Below are positions 51,449 through 62,456 of a DNA stretch of 64,000 nt, piece by piece. How positions within the stretch are numbered: position 1 is the first letter of the stretch; every line of letters begins with the position of its first letter. The stretch spans positions 896,001 to 960,000 of the forward strand of contig CM000432.1 of the NCBI GenBank assembly GCA_000165345.1, given 5' to 3'. The translations under genes and the position numbers were made by a program. The notes beneath the pieces are model-generated. The model was given only the letters and a program-made list of their open reading frames with translations, was not told the origin of the DNA and did no database searches.

Positions 51449-52119
51449 ATAAAGTGTTGGTAGAGATTGGGTATTGGAAACCCCATCCTCTCATACGGTT
51501 TCTACAAATATTATTGTTACTGTCTTTTATCCTTCATTTATCTCTAACTGATACTAGTTACTATCAATCAAATCAAATTACATTTATTATTTTATTATTA
51601 ATATTACTAGAACCCCTTCCCATTATAATTAATTCTATTATTATTTTATAAATATCTTGTCCACATTATTAGCTTTTTATTCTTGCATGCAAATGCCGGT
51701 ATGTAGTAGGTAGTGAAATTGACAAGGCGGTAAAATTTTGTTGTTAAACATAATTAATACGTGTAAATTAATAATACCGGTATAAAGATAGTGCGCATGC
51801 ATACAGAAAAACAATAATTGGAGCCAAATTATATACTGACTGGCAGCCCCACGAAGATAACATGAAAAAAAAAACTAAAATTAATTTACCTGACATAAAT
51901 TATTAAAGCATAAAATCTTAAATTAATAAGTAATTAGAATAAAATCGAGTGAAATTAATTGTTTGTCATTATCTGTTAATAAAGTTTATTGACATTTTTT
52001 ATGTATTAATATTTCGAAAAAAACAATTCAAGTAAATAATTAAGTTAGCTATAAATAAATCATTATTCACGAATTAATGAATGTGGAATTAATTTCTTGA
52101 AAAAGGAAAGAAAAAGAAA

Positions 52120-55100
52120 ATGAATAGAAGAATTTTTAAAGAAACAAAGTTATTTTGGATTTTAATTCCAATTATAATATGTATAATATCACTTTCAACG
52201 AATATTTTTGATATTAATTCAATTGAAAAGAATAACAAAATATTTAAACTATGGAATGGAATATTAGAGAATGGAGATAAATTTTTAACAATAAGAAAGC
52301 TGGTAGGATTATCAAGAAATAAAGAATATAATCATAAGAAATATCCAATATTACGCCCAAAATATAATATTAGAGAAAAAAACAAGGTAAAAAATTGGAA
52401 TGACTTAGGGGTAGTATTGCAAAGTAAATGGCCACAAGTACCGTTAGAAGCTTCATTGATAGAATTTCTATCAGAGTTTTACCTAGGAATAGGAAGTACA
52501 TTTGAAGACTTAGTGAGAGATTTAATTAATATAAATAACCACGAAGATGGAAATAAAATTATTACAGCAAGGTTAGCAAGTGAATTGGTTGATAATAATC
52601 TAGGGATCAAATTAATGGAGACTATGGTAATTAATAAATACTATTCTCCTAGAATTGAGTCAATTCGAACATTAGAAAGAAATCAAAGAAGTGTTTTTGG
52701 AATAATATGCAAAAAGGCTAGTTGGTTTATTGTTATATATCAAGAAGAGACTGTTGATACATTTTGTAATTCCAATGATCTTTATAATAGTGTAATAAAA
52801 GGGAGATCTAAAGGATTTGAGAATGTAGAAAAATATGATTTAAGCTTCTCAAAATTTGATTTAGCAAAAGAACATATAATTGAAAATACTTATATCAATA
52901 TAGAAGAAAACAATAAAGTGAAAAAAATTGATATTTACGCATATGTCGATTTTTCAGAAGATAATTCTATAGAAATTTTGAATAACTTATTGAATATTTG
53001 GGATATATTAAAAGATCAAGGTCATGTAAGAATAAAAATTAGACATTGTGATAATGCTGATCTGAATGGTGAGATTGAATATTTATCTGGATTTGGAGTT
53101 TCAGTGAATAAACTATCAGAAAAATCGAATTCAGTAAATAATTCAAGTTCAGCTAAAAATGATATTTTTCAAAATGAGTTTAAATTCTCCCAACATAATC
53201 ATGATGAATTGGAATATTCTCACAAGGATGAAGAGTATAAAAACTTGACCGCAATGTGCGATAAAGCTGTGAATATGGAAAATGTATTAAATTCTGATGG
53301 GGATTTATCTATTGAATGTATGAAAGATATTGGAGCATTTCTAGTATCATTATCCAAAAGATTTGAGGACCAATTAGGTGCAATGGTACATTATTTAGAG
53401 AATTTTGGGACTTATCAAGTAGCATTGTGTAATGGATTAAGAGAAAACACTACTTTATCGGGCTATAATCAATTGCATGATCGTGTTTCAGAAGGATCCA
53501 CATTCTTTACTCTTAATGGAAGATTATTTTCCCCAACCGAAACAAATTTTTTTAATTTGGTTACTTTATTAAAGAGTTTAATTTTCTCAAAAATCAGATT
53601 AATGAAAAATAAGATCGATGATGAAGTTGTTATTATAGATTCTTTATCAATAACCGGAGTAAATGAGAAGGAAGAACTAAATCTATTTATGGAAAGTATT
53701 AATGGCCAATTGAATGATTCAAGAATTAATAACAAGTATAATAATGTAATAAAAGATAAGGGGTTAAAAAACCTAATAGAGAGAGGAGAAGTTCTTGATT
53801 TTGGCTCAATACTTGAATTTGAGAAGGATTTAGAAGAAGATCCAACTTTAATGGACGATACAGATTGGCTTGGGAAAAGAGAATATGTATTATCAAGCTC
53901 ATCTCCATGGCTGAAGAATTCTCCAAGAACTGATTGGAGAGTATCAAATATTCTTCCTTTGAAATCACGTCATTTTTACAAGGATATTACTAATATTGGT
54001 GATTCTCAATGGGGTGTGACTCCTAGTATTTTTGAAAAGGTATGGTTTCATAGAAACATTACTGAAAATAATGAAGATCAAGAGGATATTATTAATGATC
54101 TTGAAGAAAATAACTCCACTGAAGCGAAGATTTTACAAGAAATTGAATATTCACCATGGATAATGTACAGGATATATTTTTCAAATCAGGTTAAAAATTC
54201 GAGATTAATTCAAGATTATCCAATATATGATATTATGAAGGAACCAGAAAATACACTGGGTCAGTATTTATATCCATTAGAGAGTTTGCCAGAATTATTT
54301 GAAAAATATCCTGAAAATGTAGGGATTTATCCAGTCAAGGCTACAATTCTCGAAATAATAATAATGTGTGATCCATTTGATATAGAATGTATTACAGTGA
54401 CCATTGAAATGATTAATAAGAAGTGGCCAATAAAGTTAAACTTGTTATTAATAGACCCAGAATGGGTTAATTCCAGAAAGCCGGATTATTCTAGACCATT
54501 TTCATACAAAAATGTGACTTCAGAAGATGATTTTGAAGCTAAGTTTAGAGATATTTATGAAACTCAGAGAGAAATAGAAATTAATAAGGAAGGAAATCAA
54601 ACATACTGTAATAAAAATTATGGAGAGGAAAATGTTCAGAATTGCCCAAAGTGGATGAATAAGAAAAGAGGATTAAATTCTAGGAGGATATTGGATTACT
54701 ATGAGAAATTTGACAATAATTCAAAAGGAGAATATGCCTTGAAATTGGCAATTTCAGAAGTTTTTGGATTCTTGGTTTCTTCTTCTACAATTCAAGGAAT
54801 GTTTCTTGCAAGAGGTTTTATTGAAATGGTTGCAAAGAATTTACCATTAATATTAGAAGAAGAATTTACTTTAAGTCAGTTTCAAGAGTTTTTGAGTAAA
54901 TTCTTTGCTCATTTTAGTATCAATGCAGAATTAACCAAAGTTTGGGAGATTATTTATTCCAATAATCCAAATGATATATCTTACGTGAATAAGGTGGTAT
55001 CGTATTGTAGACTTAAAGGATTCACAACTCCTGGAGCTTTAGTTAATGGTTACTTTGTGGAAATTACTGATTTAATATTGGAAGAAGTAATCTATGGAAT

Positions 55101-58100
55101 AGCTAAAAAAGAACAGAGAATTATTTTGGAAGGTGTTAAACAAGGTCAAATCACCAGTAGTGATGATATTTATCATTATATATTTAATAATACATTAACT
55201 GGAATTAATTCAGTACCTATTGTTTTTCCACCATTCACAAAGTCGATGAAGTTTGAGAATTGGCCATTTATTGGAATACAAAATGAATGGAAACATATTG
55301 AAAAAGAAATCAATTATAAGCTTCATGAAAAATATGATATTGATAATTTGAAAGAAAATAGTAAGAAAAATGAAAATAATTCAATTTCTTACAAAGAAGA
55401 TAAAAGTGAATATCAAATCACCATTTTGGAAGAAAATGATAATGAGGAAAGGATTTTATTTGATTTTGAAGAATTATCAAGTTTGGAATATTCAACATTA
55501 TGGGATATTAATCCTGAATTAAAGCAAAATATGGAAAGTATTGAAAATAAGAGTCAATCAACTCCATGGATTACATTTATTGTATTAGTAAGATCATCGA
55601 GAACAGGATTATTAGGACTTTTAACTTTGATTGATTATTGGATTTCTACATTATCTTATCAAGCATCTATGCATCTGAATCAGTATAATGAATTATTATA
55701 TAATAGAAGATTCAGATTAATGTTTATTCCACCAAATGAAGTTCAACATAATTCAGATTTCTCACTGATTTTAGAAAAATGTATTGATGATATCTTATAT
55801 TTGAAAAAATATAACAAGGAAGGAAGAAAGATTTCATCTTTTGTTCCAATTTTGGAAAAGTTAAGGTTTATTAAATGGTTTGTCAAAGTAATCTTAGAGA
55901 ATATGGATGATTATATGGATTCTAGTCATTCTAAAATTAAAAGTGAGTTATTTGGAGAAAGAATTATTGAGATTTATGAGTCCCTTTCTTTTAGCTTTTT
56001 TGGAAAGTCTGGAAATGGGAGATTTAACGAAGAGAATTTAGAAGATATTTATTTAATTGAGTCTCAGAATAGAGTCAAAAACAAGTTGGTAAGTAAATTC
56101 TCATCTAGAAAAGAAAAAGAGGTAATATCTTTTCCATATTCTTCAGTGGGAAATGCTAAGTTAAAGGGTTTTCCAAAGTATACAAATTATAATTTAAATA
56201 AAGAAAAGTCTGATCCAAATTATGGAAGAGGAAGTTTCCAAGATACTGAATTATCAAATAAGGATTGTTTTGAAACTTTCACAATGGGAATTGTTATAAA
56301 TGGTGTCTATTTAAGAATTTGTCCAAATACATATCCTGTTTATTTGAGAAATGATATTAAAGTAAATTATTGGTCTTCTCCAATTCATTCTGTACATTTT
56401 AAACTATTGGAAACTGCAGTAACGAATAGAATGAGGCATTTGGTTTTATTTGGAGAGTTTAAGAGGACAGGAAAAAAGGAAGATCTTCTTTATAGAAGAA
56501 AATGGTCAAATATGGATCCAAACCAATTTTTTATGTTATTTAGTGAGCATTTACATGTTTCAAATTTATTCAAATCTGAATCTTTAATACAATTGGACGA
56601 CATTTTTGCTTCTTCAAGTTCACTTATTAAGCTTCATTTACCGACTGTTAATACAGGGAAAAGTTCAAATTTTAAAAATAATGCTTTGATTGGATTAGTG
56701 GCTGTAGTGAATCCCATTACACCTTATAGTACCAATATATTGAGATTATTTGATATTTTACATCAATTATTGGAAGCCGATGTAAAGCTGGTGTATAATC
56801 CTGTGATAAGTTATCAGAATATTAATGAGATTAATTTGATTGATACGTGGAGAAGGTATGTTTTTAATTATCCAAAGCTCAAATCATATAGGAAAGATAC
56901 TCCATATCAAGTAGTGACAAGCTTAAAGGAGCTAATGTATTCCAAAGGAGATCCAAGTGAATTTAAGATAGGTAAAGATGATTTATACTATTATAATTCT
57001 CAATTCATTGCAAAGTTCGATATACAAACAGAAAAGAGACTCAATATTAATATAGAAAAAAGTAATGATTGGAGTATAAGTTACTTAAAAACTATTTTTC
57101 GTCAATCAACAATTAGTAAAGAAAATGATTATTTTATTGTACCTGGTAATATTTCCAATGCAAAAGGAGAGTTATTGGTTTATGAACTTAAAGGTAAAGA
57201 GTTTGAAGCAACATTAATAGATAAATTGTCATCAGAAGTTGGGAATCTCAAGAATAATATAAAAGAAATTCAATTAATATTGCCATCAAGTAATTTCAAA
57301 TTTGAAATTGAATCTAAAAAAGTGTCACCAATACAAAAGATTTATTCAATAACTGATTTTAATAGTTTCTTTGGTTATCTTGGGATTGGAACTAATGATT
57401 TGGTACTAACTTTTGGTAGTGATATTAATAATAATACTACTAAGAAAGAAAATTTATCTATGAGTTTTCCAATTCAAGTATTTAATCAGAGATTATTTGA
57501 AACCAATCAATTTGTTGTACACCTTTCAAAATTATCAAAGATAAATAAAGAAAAAGTAAATTATGTAGAATTTAAAGAAAATTCAAGAAGATTATTTAGA
57601 GAGTTACATATTTTCTGTTTATCAACTCATATATTGAAAAAAGATGTTGAAGGAGATATAATAGATAAATTAATTGATCTAATTGATAAAGGATTTACAG
57701 GAAAAGCTGGAAATTACTATAATAAATTTATTATTTATTTTGATAGTAAAGATATTAGTCAAACAATAAGAGATTATTTCAACTACAAGTTATTTTGGAA
57801 ATATTATATAAATATAGAATATTTGGAAATTACAAGACCAAAATGGATACCTAGATTATCAAGTCAAAATAATAATTCAATGATGGATATTTTATTAACA
57901 TTAGAACATTGGATACCAACAAGAGTTAATAAATTGTTATTATTGGATCCATTTTTGTTGAATAGTAATACTTTTGATTTGGATGATTATTTTGGTCTAG
58001 TAAGTACAAATAAGACAATAAGTAATAATAAGATAAAAATAGGAGATTCAGCAATGACATTTATTAAAAAAAATGATAAAAGTGGATCAATAAGTACAAA

Positions 58101-58326
58101 AATGGGATTAATTTTGGTGAATAATTACAAGAAAATTGGGAGTTATTTAAAAAGAGCTTATTTTGAAATGTATTATGATTTTGAAGTTAGTAAGAAATTA
58201 AGACAAAATGAAGAAAATAATCAAAGTATGATGGATTTATTTATTTCTTATTTGAGAAGTAATAAAGAACTCAAGATTGAAGATGATACATATGAAAAAG
58301 ATCAAAACAAAATCCCAATTACTTAA
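52120..58326 (+). CDS. UDP-glucose:glycoprotein glucosyltransferase (UGGT)-like ER lumenal protein, 2068 aa, with apparently degenerate catalytic DxD
   Basis: Signal peptide MNRRIFKETKLFWILIPIIICIISLST. N-terminal LEASLIEFLSEF resembles UGGT LLEASEFLAEDS and MVINKYYSPRIESIR resembles UGGT LSLRSYSATIQAFQ. C-terminal GT24-like region has LHIFCLSTHILKKD (UGGT INIFSVASGHLYER), KFIIYFDSKD, YLEITRPKWIPRL (UGGT YKWPRWL), ILLTLEHWIPTRVNKLLLLDPFLL (UGGT ILFLDVLFPLVVDKFLFVDADQIV) and TFDLDDYFGLV (UGGT DFNLDGAPYGY). The catalytic DAD is replaced by D-P-F. Confidence 0.55.
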   Translation: MNRRIFKETKLFWILIPIIICIISLSTNIFDINSIEKNNKIFKLWNGILENGDKFLTIRKLVGLSRNKEYNHKKYPILRPKYNIREKNKVKNWNDLGVVLQSKWPQVPLEASLIEFLSEFYLGIGSTFEDLVRDLININNHEDGNKIITARLASELVDNNLGIKLMETMVINKYYSPRIESIRTLERNQRSVFGIICKKASWFIVIYQEETVDTFCNSNDLYNSVIKGRSKGFENVEKYDLSFSKFDLAKEHIIENTYINIEENNKVKKIDIYAYVDFSEDNSIEILNNLLNIWDILKDQGHVRIKIRHCDNADLNGEIEYLSGFGVSVNKLSEKSNSVNNSSSAKNDIFQNEFKFSQHNHDELEYSHKDEEYKNLTAMCDKAVNMENVLNSDGDLSIECMKDIGAFLVSLSKRFEDQLGAMVHYLENFGTYQVALCNGLRENTTLSGYNQLHDRVSEGSTFFTLNGRLFSPTETNFFNLVTLLKSLIFSKIRLMKNKIDDEVVIIDSLSITGVNEKEELNLFMESINGQLNDSRINNKYNNVIKDKGLKNLIERGEVLDFGSILEFEKDLEEDPTLMDDTDWLGKREYVLSSSSPWLKNSPRTDWRVSNILPLKSRHFYKDITNIGDSQWGVTPSIFEKVWFHRNITENNEDQEDIINDLEENNSTEAKILQEIEYSPWIMYRIYFSNQVKNSRLIQDYPIYDIMKEPENTLGQYLYPLESLPELFEKYPENVGIYPVKATILEIIIMCDPFDIECITVTIEMINKKWPIKLNLLLIDPEWVNSRKPDYSRPFSYKNVTSEDDFEAKFRDIYETQREIEINKEGNQTYCNKNYGEENVQNCPKWMNKKRGLNSRRILDYYEKFDNNSKGEYALKLAISEVFGFLVSSSTIQGMFLARGFIEMVAKNLPLILEEEFTLSQFQEFLSKFFAHFSINAELTKVWEIIYSNNPNDISYVNKVVSYCRLKGFTTPGALVNGYFVEITDLILEEVIYGIAKKEQRIILEGVKQGQITSSDDIYHYIFNNTLTGINSVPIVFPPFTKSMKFENWPFIGIQNEWKHIEKEINYKLHEKYDIDNLKENSKKNENNSISYKEDKSEYQITILEENDNEERILFDFEELSSLEYSTLWDINPELKQNMESIENKSQSTPWITFIVLVRSSRTGLLGLLTLIDYWISTLSYQASMHLNQYNELLYNRRFRLMFIPPNEVQHNSDFSLILEKCIDDILYLKKYNKEGRKISSFVPILEKLRFIKWFVKVILENMDDYMDSSHSKIKSELFGERIIEIYESLSFSFFGKSGNGRFNEENLEDIYLIESQNRVKNKLVSKFSSRKEKEVISFPYSSVGNAKLKGFPKYTNYNLNKEKSDPNYGRGSFQDTELSNKDCFETFTMGIVINGVYLRICPNTYPVYLRNDIKVNYWSSPIHSVHFKLLETAVTNRMRHLVLFGEFKRTGKKEDLLYRRKWSNMDPNQFFMLFSEHLHVSNLFKSESLIQLDDIFASSSSLIKLHLPTVNTGKSSNFKNNALIGLVAVVNPITPYSTNILRLFDILHQLLEADVKLVYNPVISYQNINEINLIDTWRRYVFNYPKLKSYRKDTPYQVVTSLKELMYSKGDPSEFKIGKDDLYYYNSQFIAKFDIQTEKRLNINIEKSNDWSISYLKTIFRQSTISKENDYFIVPGNISNAKGELLVYELKGKEFEATLIDKLSSEVGNLKNNIKEIQLILPSSNFKFEIESKKVSPIQKIYSITDFNSFFGYLGIGTNDLVLTFGSDINNNTTKKENLSMSFPIQVFNQRLFETNQFVVHLSKLSKINKEKVNYVEFKENSRRLFRELHIFCLSTHILKKDVEGDIIDKLIDLIDKGFTGKAGNYYNKFIIYFDSKDISQTIRDYFNYKLFWKYYINIEYLEITRPKWIPRLSSQNNNSMMDILLTLEHWIPTRVNKLLLLDPFLLNSNTFDLDDYFGLVSTNKTISNNKIKIGDSAMTFIKKNDKSGSISTKMGLILVNNYKKIGSYLKRAYFEMYYDFEVSKKLRQNEENNQSMMDLFISYLRSNKELKIEDDTYEKDQNKIPIT

Positions 58327-58374
58327 TAATACTTACTTATTATGATTTGAATTTTATTTTCCTAAGATACAATT

Positions 58375-59583
58375 TTAGCTAAGCTTACCATGAATAAGAT
58401 TCTTGTTTTCAACGAAAACAGGACCTGCAGAAGTCATCATTGTAGATTCTTTAAATCTACAAAGTAAATCACTACTAACATTATAATTTGGTTGAACAGC
58501 AGCAAATGGATCTTTTCCTGTTTTTGTATTTAAAACAACATCAGGTTCTCCTTTAAAGTCATTATAGAAAATAAGTTCTCCAACTTTAGCATCTTTTGGA
58601 ACAGAAACAGGCTCACAATATTCTTTGGATGATTGATTTTGACTATTATTATTATTATTATCTCCAGAAGGAGCACTACTGGCACATAAAAGCATTCCAT
58701 TAGATGTAATACCTCTCATTGCTCTTGGTTTTAAGTTTGAAACAATGACAACAAGTTTATTAATTTTCTGAGTTAGATCATAAACTCCAACAAGTCCTGA
58801 TAAAATAGTACGTGGCTCATCTTCTCCAACATCAATTTTTTCAAGATAAAGTTTATCAGCAGTGGGATGTTTCTCAACAGAAAGAATTCTACCAACTCTA
58901 AGAGCAATTCTAGTTGGATCGTCAAGTGGTCTTTCTTCTTGTTTATTATTATTACTATTATTTCCATGTTCGCCAGTATTCTTTTTTTCTTTCTTTACAA
59001 GTTTCTTCTTAAAGAATGGTAAATCTAAATAATTAATACCTTCAGGACAAGATTGTCTTATTAGAGTAACAATTTGTATTTGTTCAAAGAATGTTGAAAG
59101 ATTTGGATATTCTGGAATATAGTCTTGATTTTGATCTTTGAGAGATTCAAAATAAGAGTACAATGATATATAAATAACAAGATCTACAATGGTTAAACTT
59201 CTTCCTAGAAAGAAACTTTTACCTTTAATCATTTCATTAAATTCAGACATTTCAGTTCCTTTAGAGAAGTTAAAGTTAATTTTGATAAGTTTCTCAATGA
59301 TTTCTTTGGATTCATTAATTAAACTAGAATCTTTTCCTAAAAGATTTTTACCAAAAGATCCAAGATAAATTAATATATCAACAATACTTTCTAATTGATC
59401 ATTGCAATTCTCTTTATCTTTAATTAAAACAACTTGGTTAATATTTTTTTCATTTGTTGAATTTTCATCAATTATTGACTCTTCAATTTTTAGCTCAGTA
59501 TTTTGTTTAAGTAAATAGTTTACAAGTAAAGATACAACTTTTCCTATATTACTAGTTTTTGAGTACTTTACTAGAATCACCAT
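58375..59583 (-). CDS. tRNA-binding aminoacyl-tRNA-synthetase cofactor, Arc1p/AIMP1/tRip-like (GST-like N-terminus plus EMAPII/Myf tRNA-binding domain)
   Basis: RILSVEKHPTADKLYLEKIDVGEDEPRTILSGLVGVYDLTQKINKLVVIVSNLKPRAMRGITSNGMLLCAS matches the OB-fold tRNA-binding domain of Arc1p/p43/Trbp111. N-terminal half has GST-C-like helices. N-rich insert present. Confidence 0.75.
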   Translation of the reverse strand: MVILVKYSKTSNIGKVVSLLVNYLLKQNTELKIEESIIDENSTNEKNINQVVLIKDKENCNDQLESIVDILIYLGSFGKNLLGKDSSLINESKEIIEKLIKINFNFSKGTEMSEFNEMIKGKSFFLGRSLTIVDLVIYISLYSYFESLKDQNQDYIPEYPNLSTFFEQIQIVTLIRQSCPEGINYLDLPFFKKKLVKKEKKNTGEHGNNSNNNKQEERPLDDPTRIALRVGRILSVEKHPTADKLYLEKIDVGEDEPRTILSGLVGVYDLTQKINKLVVIVSNLKPRAMRGITSNGMLLCASSAPSGDNNNNNSQNQSSKEYCEPVSVPKDAKVGELIFYNDFKGEPDVVLNTKTGKDPFAAVQPNYNVSSDLLCRFKESTMMTSAGPVFVENKNLIHGKLS

Positions 59584-59596
59584 TATTTTTTTTTCT

Positions 59597-59613
59597 CTCT
59601 CTCTCTCTTATAA
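59597..59613. repeat. (CT)8 / GAGA-type dinucleotide tract in the 5' leader of the tRip-like gene
   Basis: tttctctctctctctctcttata lies 14 bp upstream of the ATG on the minus strand. An E2F-like TGGCGCCA is at 59695-59702 and ACCGGT motifs at 59747 and 59773. Confidence 0.6.
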
Positions 59614-60182
59614 ATGTAAAATTTAGTCTTTAAATTCGATTAGAATTTCTTTATTTAAGTAATTATTTTATAATTTATAAAAAAATTTGTGTTTTGGCGC
59701 CACATTTTTTTTAATCAAAAAAAAAGTACCGATAATTTTTTCTATACCGGTTACACGTAATTAAGTTATAAACCGGTATTTTTTTTTTTTTTTTTAATTT
59801 AAACAAAAATAAAAATTTGAAATTATGATATAATTGAACAATTATTAAATAAATCAATATATTCTGAAGATTAGCACTAATAAAATATTTTGAATTTAAC
59901 ATTTAAATAGTAAATGAAAGTACAAATTCAATAAACTTAGAACCCAAAGGAATATACAAAAACTCCGCCCCACACTATCATCTTTTGGATCTATTAACAA
60001 TATTAAACATAAATTGAATTAATTATTTTTGTGTGTATTGATAAAGAGATATTTTTTCTTTGTTATTATTATTATTTAATACATAAACAAAAAAAAAAAA
60101 AAGAAAAAGAAAGTGCATAAAAAAGAATTCAGAGTTGAAATTAAATATAATATAACAAACATTAACATTTTACTAATAAATT

Positions 60183-60893
60183 ATGTCTTCATTTATTCCA
60201 GGTATAAGAAAAGAACATTTGGAGGAAAGTTTGGAAGATTCAGTTGAAAATTCAATAGAAGATGACTTATTGAGTGAATATTTTCAAGAATTGTCATCTT
60301 TGATTGAAGAATTAAAACAAGGAAAAGAAATATTTCAACAAAATAAGGCAAAATATACAGAACAAGAAAAAGCAAAGTATCAAGCATTAATACTTTCATC
60401 TCAAAAATTACTGGAAATTATTTACTTTGAAATTCATTTTAGTGAATCAAATACAAGAAATTATCAAGATTTTCAGAATTATATCAAATATAAAGAGAAT
60501 CTTTCAAAATTATATCAAGATTTCTCCAAATTTGTAGTTTTTGTTGAATCTGATAATAAAAATGAAGAAATCTTAATTTCAAATTCATCATCAAAAGAAG
60601 ATACTAATTTTGATTCATCCTTAAACAATAATGATTTATTATTAGAAAAAAATAAAGAATATATCTTTGAAGAAAATATCAAAGAAAAAACTTCAAAAGA
60701 TTATTATTTACTTCAAAGTAAAAGATTATTAGAAGAAACAAATCAATATAGTCAACAAATACTTTTAAATCTAAATACACAAAAAGAACAATTAATAAGT
60801 ACCGATAATAAAATGGGTAATATATCAAAAAGTTTACAAGATTCATCATTATTAATAGACAAAATGACAAGATGGTGGCATCAACTTATCTAA
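60183..60893 (+). CDS. coiled-coil protein with C-terminal Q-SNARE-like heptad motif (Vti1/GOSR-like), no C-terminal TM anchor detected
   Basis: C-terminus LLEETNQYSQQILLNLNTQKEQLISTDNKMGNISKSLQDSSLLIDKMTRWW has SNARE heptad spacing with a central Q. Compare Vti1 LLDNTERLE...IGQEMLENLSHDREKIQ...LGKSSRILTGMLRRI. ORF stops at WHQLI* with no hydrophobic tail. Confidence 0.35.
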   Translation: MSSFIPGIRKEHLEESLEDSVENSIEDDLLSEYFQELSSLIEELKQGKEIFQQNKAKYTEQEKAKYQALILSSQKLLEIIYFEIHFSESNTRNYQDFQNYIKYKENLSKLYQDFSKFVVFVESDNKNEEILISNSSSKEDTNFDSSLNNNDLLLEKNKEYIFEENIKEKTSKDYYLLQSKRLLEETNQYSQQILLNLNTQKEQLISTDNKMGNISKSLQDSSLLIDKMTRWWHQLI

Positions 60894-60899
60894 TTATTA

Positions 60900-62456
60900 T
60901 TAAATGTTAAAATAAGGATGAAATGAAGAAGGAAATTCATCCATATCCTCAAATCTACTGATTACTATATATCTCTTTAATAAATGAGAAGAAGAAAACT
61001 CTTGAAATTTTGAATTATTGAAAATATTATTTATCATACTACTTTTTTGTATTTCTTTCTCTATATTAATTTCATCTTGATCCTGATCTGCATCTTCATC
61101 TTTAAATCCATTATTACTTGTATTAAAATTTGTATTCAATTCTAAATTCTTATATTTTATATAAATTTTTTGTATTATATATTCCGATACCTTTAGATCA
61201 CGAGACATATTTAATAAGGTATCGATTTCATTAATATTCATTAAAATTTCTTTTGATCTGTTTCTAACAAATTCAAGAATATGAGTATTTAAATTAAATT
61301 TCTCAAATTTATAATCTTTGAAAATTATACATAATAAAGATAAAGCAATTTTATAAACTGTAATGTTAAAATTCTTGCTTGGATCATGAATTATTATATT
61401 ATCTAAAATTAGTATTGAATTTATTGCATATTCTGTATCAGCAATATCATAAGTAAATAATGTAAGAAACCATTGTATTGCAAAAAGTTCTGAAGTTATT
61501 TCTATTTCATTTTCTTTATTATTAAAAATATTATCATATATTTCTGGTAGATATTCTTTAATTAGTTCATTAAATACAAAACACATTTCTCTAAGTTTAA
61601 TTAAACCTTTATTATATATTTCTTGATATTCCCAATTTATTAATATTGACATTACTGATGAATAAACTTGTTCAACATTAAAATCTAAAGCATATAAAAA
61701 GATTCCAACCAAATAATTCATTCCTTGACAGTAACCAACATTAGGTAATGCATAAGAAATCTTGAAAAGTATTTCAATCATTTTATTTTGATTTTCATTT
61801 ATTTGAAATTCTTTTAATTTAGGAAAAGTTCTTGATATATCTCTTAATATTTCATCGTGATTATTTAACATTGTATCTAATTCACTTTCATATGATAATA
61901 CAAAATCATTTTTACTTTCTTTTTTTAATCTTATTTCTTCAATCTTCTTATTATCTTCAATACAAAGTTCATATTTATCTTCACCAATAAGTATACATTT
62001 CCATATCCATTTTCTTTGATTTTTATTGAATTTATTTAATTGTATTGGATATCTTTCTTGTAGAGTTTTAATAGAGTTAGCTTCAGCAAGCCATAATTTA
62101 CATACTAAAGAGGCTTCTTTTATATCATCTTCATCTAAGAATGTAAACAAACCAGAATTTAATACTGATCTACAATTTTTACTAAATATTTTATTAATTA
62201 TTTAAAATAAAATTATTATTATTATTTTTTTTCATTTTATTACTTACCTATTATTATGATTCACTAATAACTTTCTTATAAATCCATCTTTTAATTGATT
62301 GTTCATATTGTTATATCCATTATTTTTACCTTTTTCAATATTTACTAGATTAGTTTTTTCATTTGGTTCATTTTCTTTGATTTTCAATTCTAATTCTGCC
62401 AAACATAACTTGTCAACATTTTTAAAATTCTTGTCTTTTTTTCTTTTTCTAATCAT
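60900..62456 (-). CDS. F-box plus TBC-domain Rab GTPase-activating protein, two exons: 62248..62456 and 60900..62181, intron 62182..62247
   Basis: TBC signatures: arginine finger ILRDISRTFP and glutamine finger GYCQGMNYL. The ORF-track M at 62150 is a TTG. The frame stays open upstream to an AG acceptor (aaatatttag|t). A GTAAGT donor ends the upstream ORF 62244..62459 (MIRKRKKDKNFKNV...LLVNHNN) in compatible phase, and the junction codon is AGT. The joined sequence LFTFLDEDDIKEASLVCKLW fits the F-box consensus (L..IF.YLD..DL...VCK.W). Confidence 0.6.
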
